Positions 1-9,482 of a DNA stretch of 64,000 bases are shown here, piece by piece (within the stretch, counting starts at the first letter, position 1; every line of letters starts with the position of its first letter). The notes under the pieces were generated by a model. The model saw only the letters and a list, made by a program, of their open reading frames with translations. It made no database searches and was not told where the DNA came from. The position numbers and the translations under genes are program-made. The stretch spans positions 558,001-622,000 of the forward strand of contig SMSO01000025.1 in assembly GCA_004764695.1 (NCBI GenBank), read 5' to 3'. Source of the stretch: Schizochytrium sp. TIO01 (lineage: Eukaryota > Protista > Bigyra: Labyrinthulomycetes).

Positions 1-1
1 A

Positions 2-3000
2 ATCGCGCGTCAACGCGTGTGTAATTTGATCATTGCTCTGAGTAAACTGCGCCACCGTATGGATACGCGCATACGTCTTGGTTACGAAGGAGCCCTTGAA
101 AATAGCAAGCCAACGTTCACTCGTCTTGAGGAAGCTGGGATAGCTGAAGGAACGCGCAGCTCCGGGAAGTTACTACCTACTAGAACCGAAGGTTGGAGTG
201 TGATGTCTCCGTCACGGGGTCAAGAGAGAATCTCACAGCACAATCAAAAAGTTCGTGACCTAGTCAACGAAACCACTGCTAAACTGGTGGAACGAGTCTG
301 GTGGGTTGGTGATCGTTGCGAGGCAAGATGGTGTGGTGACGACGCTGCCGACTACCCAGGATGGTACTCTGGGACCATACTGTACGTCCACTCAAATCCT
401 CTTTGTGAACCCTCCAATGATTCTGTGTCTGAGAAAGAGAAAGTAATCACGAGACTCGACGGTGAGGGAGACAATAAGGAGATTGCTGATGAAACAAGAG
501 AGCAACCACATGCGGAAATAGACCCGTCTTCTGTGAAGGTTTCCCCAAAGATTTCCGAGCAACTAGGAGAAAGGAAGGAGGCCTCCACGGAGATGGATGA
601 ATCCTCCTCGTCCACATCGTTAGAGCCGTCTACTGCCACTGTCAGCAATATCGAAAGTAAGGAACTATCTCCTCTAAAGACTGGCGTAGATGAAAACTCA
701 ACATCCCCTGCTAATGGAGTCAAAGAGCCCAAAAGTGAACCTGAACTGCTGAAAAGCTCAGAGACGATACTTGAAAATGCTGAACTTAAGACAAAGAATA
801 CTGAAGATGTCGAAATGGCAGATGCTTCTACTTCTACTCCTGAGCCCGCAAGTAAAAAGTACCGGGATGCAATTCTTGCTGGCCCTAGCGTGCATATCCT
901 CTATGATGATGGAGACGTGATCAATCGAATTCCAATGGGCTCTGATGTTCTTCGTCGTCCCAAATACTCTGAGGAATCCGACTATCCAGAGCCTTTGACA
1001 GCTCTCACCACCAAAACCCACCAGAGTCCTTTTCGTCCCCTCTCAGACAAAGATGTAATGAACGCTCTGTGGAATGATCCTGTGAATAGTATCTTGCAAC
1101 GGGTGATCCGCCTCTTACAACAGCAATGTGTATATGAGATAAATGTTTGGCAGTCTGCAAGCGATCCACGCATCAAGTCACGCTACTGGTGGAATATGAA
1201 AACCCGTGTTATTCACAAATCAAAGCCCTCTGCTCAAGATCGTGCAGAAAAGTGGACTTATGTTCCCAAAGCGATGCAAGAAATCCAAGAGCTGACTCAT
1301 TACAGTGTGGGGTCTGTAACCGAAGCACGTGACGGTATTGTTCGACTTCGTGACCTTGTCCTTACGTTGCCTGGTTTTGCTCAGTCAAATGATGGCCATG
1401 TTTGGAAGGATGGCAAGATCGAAGATGCACACCAAAAACTTGCTGATCTTCTTACCTTCTATAGTCATACTGAGAACTGGTTTCATGTCACAGAAGCACC
1501 TCCAGTAAACTTTCATGGACCTCAACCTCCCGCCCCAGGGACATTGCATTCCTTTCATCATGAAAGCAGTGTGGTAGCCCCTCTTCTAGGCTGGCTCGAT
1601 CAAAAGGAAGAGCATATGCTAGTAGAAGAGATGCTTGGTACTACAGTGCTCCCAGAAGTTGAAAGTGCGTATCAGCCTACTGAAGCTGCTAAATATGCAT
1701 CTCACGTCCGTGCCAAGATAATGAAGCAGCTAGGAGATGAGAAGAAAAGGTATCAGGATTGGGATAAGGACGCTAGGTCTATGTTTACACCTGCGCCTAT
1801 GGCACTTCGTGCTGATGAAAAGCAAAAGGATGCATGGCCACCACCGCTTCCACCACCTCGGCTGTTCGGATCACCTGTCCTTGATGCTGCTCTTTACGAT
1901 AACCGTAATTTTACTGGATCTGACTCAGGCTTTGAAAGCCGTTTTGAGGACGTCTACGCTAAGAAGCAAGTTGTTGAAGAACAAAATAAACCTGCAAGTG
2001 CTGAAGGTGACGCAGTTTTCCAGAATCTTCTGACTTCTCTCAAGAGCACTCGCCGCTCGACAACTCGTCTTTCGACTGAAGAGACGCAAATGTTTATGCC
2101 CCCACCTCCACCAACCGTCAACCAGCACGTGTGGATTCAGTGTGATGGTCCAGACTGTGAAAAGTGGCGAAAGCTCCCGGCTGGCTATTCTGCAAGTGAC
2201 TTCCCAGAGAAGTTTAACTGCTCTATGCTGAAGCGCATTGACCCACAATTCGCCTCGTGTAGTGTCCCTGAAGAACCAAGCACAGGAGAAACCTCACTTA
2301 AATGGGGTTATGGAATTGGTACTGTCGATGACCTTACTAAAGGACACCGCATTGATGCCTACCATCGGCGCACGCGGAAATGGTATGCTGTGGATATCAC
2401 CGATGCCCGTGCTGATGCTGTACAGGTTGTTTTCCCGAAGCAGGCTGGCAAAATGGAAGACTGGCTACCGCGGCATCCAGGCCCAGGCCAATTTGCGTCA
2501 GTCATGCCTCTATATTCATTTACTGACCGCTCTGATGATCGGTCGAACCACCGCGTTTACCGCTACGTTGAGGCAACGAAGAAGGAGGCGAGTAAGTTTG
2601 GCCCCAAAGCTCTCATTAAGGACTACCACAACTTGGCATTGGCTGCTGCAGAGCGCCATGGTTTGCCAAAGGTTTCCGCTCAAGCCGTGCTCAGTGTACT
2701 TGTTGATGTGATCAATCAAGTATCTGCAGACGGTGGTGAACCTCTTGGTAGAATCGAGGTCAAAATCAGACGCAAAGTTCTGGTTGACGATGGTCATCTT
2801 TCGCCGGCCAACGCCGCTGCCACGAAACCTGGACTGCTGCGGCGTGTTCCTAGTGCACAAAGCAATCTCAGCGGTACGTCTTACGTTCGATCTGCTGCAG
2901 CACGGGATCGCGATCGAAGCCGCTTTACTCAGCGCGAGTCGATGTTCATGTTCTTCAAGGAGATGAAACGACTTTATGGAGGGCTTATCAGCTTCGAGGA

Positions 3001-4606
3001 TATATCGCGTCAAGCTGAGGCGCTTGATGATCAGCAAATGAACTTTTTAAATCCGACTATTTGGAATAACAATGATTTTGGGGTTTGGATAGACGCTGCA
3101 TTTGACGAAGATATAGGCCTATCTAAAGAACAAGATCTTAGTGAGCGCGACGAGGAATACGTCATGGTTGGTATGCAAGTTATGACACCCCAAGGAGAAG
3201 GCGTTGTTTTGAGGCGCACTGGAATTCGTACTTATATGGTTGCAGTTCGACCCGCCGTTGACATGCGCGTGGACACAAGCTTCGGGTGGGGTACTGTCGA
3301 AGAAGTGCGAGGCAACCTGCATACAGCAAAAATTAATCTCGATGCTGGAGGAATTATGTACTCTCCTGATATGGCTATTGAAGTAGAGTATTTCCTTGCA
3401 TTACCTGTCGAAACCCTAGTCTTTGCAAAGCTTAGCAAAATGCCATTAGAGCAACTCCTTGTCAAGCAATCCGCACGTGCTGCTGCAGCGGCAAAGAAAC
3501 AGAAGGTTCCTAAACTCCCTAAGGCGCCCAAAATTCCTAAATATATTCTTCCTGGACCTCCTTTAAGCAATCAGGAGCCTGGAAAGACAAGATCGCCACC
3601 ACCAGTAACAACCATCGCATCAACAACAAATGCCGCTTCTGCTTCGGCTGGAGGAAGCATTCCTCCAAGTACAACTGCACCATCTGTGTCAACATCTTCT
3701 TCCGCAGCGAAAATTCCTGCCATAAGTAGCACGCACACATCCTCCTCTCCTTTGCCCTCTTCAGCAAACCCACTAGCACCACCAATGCCTGCTTCTTCTA
3801 CTTCGTCATCATCTGGAACAGGAGTACCCCCAACCGTTGCAACCACCTCAGCTACCCTAAAAGCCCCAACTCAGCAAGTGAACTTCAATCCTCCAGCTGA
3901 CATCTCAGTTACCCCAACGTCACAAAAGCAAGTACATATTGCAAGTACGTCGGGTACTCTGATCACGAAAAAGACAGAGCAACAAAGCACCGCTAATTTG
4001 ACGGAAAGAAAGTTGGCGGGAAATGATACTACTGTTGTCTTGACAACACGTGAAATTGAACCTTCAACGTCAAACATAGAGAACGCTGCAAAGAACTCAA
4101 GCACCGACGCAGCGCCTCCTACTGTATCGACTGCAGATTTGGTATCACCAGCGGCACCCGCGGCTGGTCATTCATCGTTAGAATTAGGATCTGCAGAGTC
4201 TGAGAGCAAGGTGATTCTGAATAAAACTGCTACTGCTCTCGATTCAACTGCGACAGACACCTCTTCTATTTTTGTAAACAAAGATGACCACGCGCCAAAT
4301 GGAGTGTCCCCTACACTCTCCTCTGATCAAAGTACGGTCGTATCGAACGTGTCGATGGTGACCGCAACACCATCATCACCAAAAGCATCAACAAAAGGGC
4401 CTGCTGATAGTACATCTGTCGAAGCAAGCTCTGTAGCCAAGCCTATACATTCGGCAGAACCACCTGCTGTCTCTAGTGATCTTTCTGCTTCAAAGGACTG
4501 CAAGCTAAACCCAGCAACTAGCATGGATAATTCTCAAGATGACTCAACCAGTGCTTGGACTATGGCGTCGACGGCCACTGCTTTTTTACGTAGCAAACCA
4601 ACATAA
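2..4606 (+). CDS. ATXR3/SDG2-like histone H3K4 methyltransferase, 3' portion (5'-truncated; SET domain not in window), with Tudor-like modules, a CW-type zinc finger and an S/T/P-rich tail
   Basis: Frame is open from base 2. Motifs resembling the plant ATXR3 post-SET region occur in order: ARQRVCNLIIALSKLRHRM, SPFRPLSDKDVMNALW, RLRDLVLTLP...HQKLADLLTFYSHT, PLLGW...GTTVLPEV, RLFGSPVLDAAL. zf-CW: WIQCDGPDCEKWRKLP...FNC...C (~2132-2270). Confidence 0.75.
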   Translation: MARQRVCNLIIALSKLRHRMDTRIRLGYEGALENSKPTFTRLEEAGIAEGTRSSGKLLPTRTEGWSVMSPSRGQERISQHNQKVRDLVNETTAKLVERVWWVGDRCEARWCGDDAADYPGWYSGTILYVHSNPLCEPSNDSVSEKEKVITRLDGEGDNKEIADETREQPHAEIDPSSVKVSPKISEQLGERKEASTEMDESSSSTSLEPSTATVSNIESKELSPLKTGVDENSTSPANGVKEPKSEPELLKSSETILENAELKTKNTEDVEMADASTSTPEPASKKYRDAILAGPSVHILYDDGDVINRIPMGSDVLRRPKYSEESDYPEPLTALTTKTHQSPFRPLSDKDVMNALWNDPVNSILQRVIRLLQQQCVYEINVWQSASDPRIKSRYWWNMKTRVIHKSKPSAQDRAEKWTYVPKAMQEIQELTHYSVGSVTEARDGIVRLRDLVLTLPGFAQSNDGHVWKDGKIEDAHQKLADLLTFYSHTENWFHVTEAPPVNFHGPQPPAPGTLHSFHHESSVVAPLLGWLDQKEEHMLVEEMLGTTVLPEVESAYQPTEAAKYASHVRAKIMKQLGDEKKRYQDWDKDARSMFTPAPMALRADEKQKDAWPPPLPPPRLFGSPVLDAALYDNRNFTGSDSGFESRFEDVYAKKQVVEEQNKPASAEGDAVFQNLLTSLKSTRRSTTRLSTEETQMFMPPPPPTVNQHVWIQCDGPDCEKWRKLPAGYSASDFPEKFNCSMLKRIDPQFASCSVPEEPSTGETSLKWGYGIGTVDDLTKGHRIDAYHRRTRKWYAVDITDARADAVQVVFPKQAGKMEDWLPRHPGPGQFASVMPLYSFTDRSDDRSNHRVYRYVEATKKEASKFGPKALIKDYHNLALAAAERHGLPKVSAQAVLSVLVDVINQVSADGGEPLGRIEVKIRRKVLVDDGHLSPANAAATKPGLLRRVPSAQSNLSGTSYVRSAAARDRDRSRFTQRESMFMFFKEMKRLYGGLISFEDISRQAEALDDQQMNFLNPTIWNNNDFGVWIDAAFDEDIGLSKEQDLSERDEEYVMVGMQVMTPQGEGVVLRRTGIRTYMVAVRPAVDMRVDTSFGWGTVEEVRGNLHTAKINLDAGGIMYSPDMAIEVEYFLALPVETLVFAKLSKMPLEQLLVKQSARAAAAAKKQKVPKLPKAPKIPKYILPGPPLSNQEPGKTRSPPPVTTIASTTNAASASAGGSIPPSTTAPSVSTSSSAAKIPAISSTHTSSSPLPSSANPLAPPMPASSTSSSSGTGVPPTVATTSATLKAPTQQVNFNPPADISVTPTSQKQVHIASTSGTLITKKTEQQSTANLTERKLAGNDTTVVLTTREIEPSTSNIENAAKNSSTDAAPPTVSTADLVSPAAPAAGHSSLELGSAESESKVILNKTATALDSTATDTSSIFVNKDDHAPNGVSPTLSSDQSTVVSNVSMVTATPSSPKASTKGPADSTSVEASSVAKPIHSAEPPAVSSDLSASKDCKLNPATSMDNSQDDSTSAWTMASTATAFLRSKPT

Positions 4607-5396
4607 AATCGAAGTTATGAAATATTAGAAACCACGAGCAAGCGCATATTAAAGGTATCACCAAGTTGTCGTTGAGCCCTGCTACTTCTATTCGCTCTGC
4701 AAGAGAGCCTATGCCTCCAGACAAGAGACTCACAAATATTATTTTTGTGTAAGAGCTCTCCAGCTTGCATACAACATATAGGTAGAGGAAGGTGACGAGA
4801 GTGCAAGCACAAAATGCCCCCATTGAGCCGGCGAGTGTTTTCTGCTTGGTATTGGAAGCATCAGCACGAGAGTATCGCTTTTGCCAAAGTGTTCCGAGAA
4901 GACCTGCTGCAGGGTCCCCGAAGGAAAGCATCAGAATACTCAGATGGTATACCCTTTCGGGAAATAAACTGCAGATTGTTGAACCAAGGAGAAAATAGAA
5001 TGATCCAGGGGTTTTACCTGCAAGTTCGTCGGGGCGTGCAATTGCGGTAAGCTGGCTTTTCAGGAAGTGATTGAGACCTGGGTATCTAAGGCGAAGCCGA
5101 TGTACGAGGTAGAACCATGCCGTTGACGATGCCAAGGTTATTGTCTGTTGTTTTGGAGATAAGATTTTACACATTGAAACACCAACAAAGAGACACCCAG
5201 TCAGAGCATGCTGCAGTCTTCGCGTGAGCTCGAAACCTGGCTCCAAGGTCTTTGTCTTGACATCACCTCTTTCACGGACTGAAGATGTTGATGGAGCAGG
5301 TTGCTTTGTTTTCCCTGCCGCACTGAGAGCGAACTGCACTAGGATTACACCCACTGCTAGGCCCAAGGCAACGCCTGCGGAGTCTAGCAAGGTCAT
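4560..5396 (-). CDS. CTP-dependent diacylglycerol/phytol/dolichol kinase family (CTP_transf_1), Dgk1-like membrane protein
   Basis: ELTRRLQHALTG, ARPDELAGKTPGSFYFLLG, SILMLSFGDPAAGLLG, KTLAGSMGAF, LNDNLVIP; multiple hydrophobic helices. Confidence 0.85.
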   Translation of the reverse strand: MTLLDSAGVALGLAVGVILVQFALSAAGKTKQPAPSTSSVRERGDVKTKTLEPGFELTRRLQHALTGCLFVGVSMCKILSPKQQTITLASSTAWFYLVHRLRLRYPGLNHFLKSQLTAIARPDELAGKTPGSFYFLLGSTICSLFPERVYHLSILMLSFGDPAAGLLGTLWQKRYSRADASNTKQKTLAGSMGAFCACTLVTFLYLYVVCKLESSYTKIIFVSLLSGGIGSLAERIEVAGLNDNLVIPLICACSWFLIFHNFDFMLVCYVKKQWPSTP

Positions 5397-6585
5397 TGCA
5401 AACTTTGAAATGGCACTAGGTCCGAAGTAGTCCGTTCAAATATCTTCTTACGTGGTTCTAGGTGTGTTCCGCTACTGTTCCACATGACCATGATGATCTC
5501 AAAAAGGCTTTGTGTATGTTTCATTTGTAAACAATTATACAGAGGACTGTTTACGGGCGAAGTATATACCGCGTGGCAAAGGCGTAATAATAAATGTTTG
5601 AGCTTGCTTGATAGGTTTAGTTTTAATTTGGTCTTATAGGAATCACGTTTTGCAATATGCATTATCATGAACGCAAGACACCTATGACGCTTTTCATTGA
5701 ATGGTCCAAAAATCTATTTGCCTCCAAAAGAAAAGAGCAGTGATGAATAATTCCATGCTTAAAACAGAAAGCATGCAATACAATTCATATTGTGTCCTCA
5801 TTTAGGTGAAAATTCTCTGCTCTTAAAGTTTAATTTTTTTTAAAAAGAATGAGCAATACCTGAGTTATGACAGCTTGAAGGTCACAATACGGAATAAATT
5901 CACTAGCACCGCCACAATTGTGGATCCAGGAAACGATACAGATACACTCGCATCCATTGCGACACTTCTAAAAAGTTGTACTTATAATTTGAATGTCACT
6001 CAGAGCGGGGCAATAAAAAAAGAAAGGCTCATACCTTTAGTAATAAAAAATGAGATTCGGGACATTCCAAATTATACCAGTCTCCCATGGATTTTCAACT
6101 GTCACTCGTATTTCCGCACTTTCATATTCATTTTCGTCCATCTCAAGATCCCAGTCTAAACTACCAGAAGTACGAACCTGGGATCTCCACAACGTTTGTA
6201 GACAATCTTTGAAATTTCAATGACAATACCTCACAGGGAACACCTTTTCGCATTCGAGGCCTCACGATAATCGCATTCAAAGTTTCGATTCCATCTGAAC
6301 TAAGACATGGTCACCTGCGACTTCCATTGCACCACCACCAATTCCTCATATTACGCCTTATCAAGAAGCCTGCATCGTGATATGTTAGGCAAAGTACTAA
6401 GTAATATTATAATCAGATTCACTGGACCTTGCTGCGTTCAAAACGAAAACAACAGTTTGCGAGGCACGTTTGCGCCTTGCGTTCTTCGCATACTGTGTTT
6501 CTAGTTCTGGTACTGCTATCCTCACCGGTGTGGTGTGTTGATCAGCGAGGTTCTTGACGCATTTCTCTTTCAAGTCACCTGTGAG

Positions 6586-8300
6586 ATGGGCAAGCGGACT
6601 CGCAGCGGACCTAAAGACGGCGTCGCCAGTCGCAAGCGAGCTCGCGTCGCCAATGCTCTGCGCACTGGTGGCGACGCTCTCGCTTTAGGTGGTCATAAGG
6701 AGCGTCGTCGTCAGCGTCGGCAGGATGAGCGTCGGCAGCGTAAGGCTGGCAAGCATGCAAACCAGGTACAACGCAAGCGCGAGGCTTCTGGCAAAAAGCT
6801 TCTTTCCGAGGACCAGCTTGAGTCTATGGTCGACAAGCAACTTGCCCGCAGAAAGAAACTCGAAGAGAGTCTTACGCGCGAGTCCGAGTCACGTAGACTT
6901 GCTCAGAAACTTCAAATGTACTTGCAGCAGCTCGAGGCCAACATCAAAAAGGATGAGGGCGAGCTCGTCTGCTGGTACCCTGGAAAGGCTGAGCACCTGA
7001 AGAAGCGTGAGCAAGATAAGGTTAAGTATGATCCTAATAAACTGACTGGCGCATGTAGACCTGCAGAAGAAGCTTATCCGTGGTTGTACCCAGATTATCA
7101 TGCTAAGAAGCAGCGCGAGGAGCGCGAGGAGGAGGAGCGGGAGCAGAACAAGGGCGACAACATCTTGAAGATGTTTGACGGTCACTGGGGAAAACATTAC
7201 CGCACGAGGGAACTTGCAGGAAGGTACTTGGAGCTAGCGTTGAGAATGGTACAAGCTGAGGAGTCGCTGCTTCAAGATGCTCTGGGAAAGAACAAGCCCA
7301 AGAAGAAGATTAATGAGTGCTTACAGAAGCTGCAGGAGATGGACAAGGATAGTGCAACGGGGTTGTGGTTGCCCTGGCTTGGAGTTGCTCGGGCTGTAGA
7401 TGATGGAGAGCTGGCCAAGGCGCGCGAGCTAATTAATAAAACTCTTTTGAAGGAGGATGAGGTTGTTGGGGAGCGCGAGCCCATGGAAAATATGCTTCTG
7501 TTTGACCTCGCTTTAATCGAGTTTATTTCTGCATTTGTTCTGGAGGAGGAAGGGTCTTCAGAAGAGGAGGCACTAAAAGTCGTCGATAGAGCAGTTAAAG
7601 CAAATCCCTGCATTGCACGTTGTTTAGCGTTGCATGATGCCTATGAAGAGGTCGTAGATGGCAGCGAGACTGACGAGGTGATCGCAACGCAACTCGAGAA
7701 CCTTCTCAAGAATTTCATTTCGTCCAAAGAGGAGCTTCCCATCTTAAAGCAGCCAGACTGGTCTCAGGAAGAGCAGGCTGTTCTCTATTTTACTCGCTCT
7801 ATTAGCTGGTGGAGAGACTCCGATCCCTGTTTTGCAAACATGCTTTTTGACGCGTTGCAGCGATTTGGCGATCTGGGGAAGAGCACTTGTGAAAAGGACT
7901 CAACTCTATCCCGGATGTATGAAACTGTGGATGACGACGCCTTTCAAATGCTCAATGAGGGCAGCGAAGACGAGGAGGGAGAGGGAGAGGAGCAAGATGA
8001 AGATGTGAACAGTGACAACGAAGAGGCCCTTGCGGAAAATGAACTCGAAGCTTCGATAAAAAAGAAGCTTACCGATAGGAAATTAGCTAATGCAAAAGGA
8101 ATAGAAGAAGATGATGACGAGGAAGAGGAGGACGAAGAAGAAGAAGAGAAGAAGAAGAAGAAGAAGAAGTGAGCGCCCCAACTTACTTGTCGCGAAAGGC
8201 TGCCAAGCGTCTACGCGCGAACCCGCGTATTCAGAAAAAGTCTACCAAAACTAAGGGTAAACGTGGTGGCCGAAAGCGCGACGCGAAACAGGATTGGTGA
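6586..8300 (+). CDS. Hypothetical protein: basic N-terminus, helical TPR/ST7-like middle, acidic tail; apparent 1-nt frameshift in a (GAA)n tract near 8148
   Basis: First ATG is at 6586 (MGKRTRS). As written the ORF stops at 8172 after an E-run switches to a K-run; the shifted frame continues EEVSAPTYLSRKAAKRLRANPRIQKKSTKTKGKRGGRKRDAKQDW* to 8300. AVKANPCIARCL...EQAVLYF...WW weakly recalls ST7-like TPR proteins. Confidence 0.7.
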
Positions 8301-9482
8301 TTTTATTCCCTCTTTGGCCAGAAACCAAACATACATGGAATTACATACTATTTACCAAAGCTTGCACATCAGTTGCCTTTGTTTGCACCCGTTTTCAGTA
8401 TCTTACCTTTCATTTTTTTCATCTCTCGTTCTCTTATGTACCTGGTTCGAAATTGAAGATCTGTAATACCATTTTAAAGATATCTTATATACAATAATGT
8501 GTCCAAAAGATGTTTATTTCAAGTGCCTTGTCATTCTCTCAGAGTTCGGTGAGACCCGATTCGATTCTCTATTGTCCCAGTTGACATATATTTTCGGCAT
8601 GCTGCTCGAAGTGACAAACTCGTTATTTGTTTTGCACATCTGAGTTATGCCGGACCCTTTACAATGTCTGCAGATTATTTATGTGTTCGTACTGTCTCAG
8701 CCCCTCCCTTTACAGGGTCGTGAACACACACCTATCCTAAACTCTAGTATCTATACTCCACTATAACGAACCTAAAGAACGAACACCAAAAAAGATAAAT
8801 TTTATTTTAAAACAAAGAACAAACTGTCAAAACTCTGTGATCATGATATAATCAACACAACCAGAAGAAATGCGCCAGCATCCATACACAGTACAGTCTA
8901 GTTCTTCTCTCTTAACTTATCTCCTCGCGGTCGGCAATAACTGAAATATAATCAATTTGCTCGTTCAAAGATTATGTTTATTTCTCAGGTTTTACCATCA
9001 TCACTGTCTACGACAAGAGCCTACGATAGATTACTATGAGCAATGAATCATTTGATTTTTTCTTAATCCAGCAATACAAGTATCTAATATGATGCTGTAA
9101 ATAAATATATACAAGTTTTAGGTTGCTTGACGCGCCTTCGCAAAAGCTCGCCGAAGCCGTCGAGAGCAGTACTTCAACCGGCGCAGGGCCACGAGACCTG
9201 ACGACCGGCAGCAACTGCGATACGAGATTATTATACACCTGATTTAATCTCTAGGGCCTGCGATTCTGCTCCCAGACGACCTGAAACGCCCGAGGTCTGC
9301 TGTAGCATCCAAATCCGGCGTTGCGGGGTTCATTCCAACAGGGGTCTTCTTGCTATCCAGCTTTCTCAGCTCCGTTGCGATCGTTTTCTACACCTACGAA
9401 ACTCTCGAGGTTTTCTTTATTTGTGTCATCCCTATCATCTCTATCTACTTTTCCTCCAGTTTCAGGATCAAGCACGGTAATC

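Noticed and set aside
9321-9482. Non-ATG N-terminal extensions in the ORF track (also 6535, 35058, 40308, 56242, 63938)
   Set aside because: The track allows GTG/TTG starts; the first in-frame ATG was used for this eukaryote.
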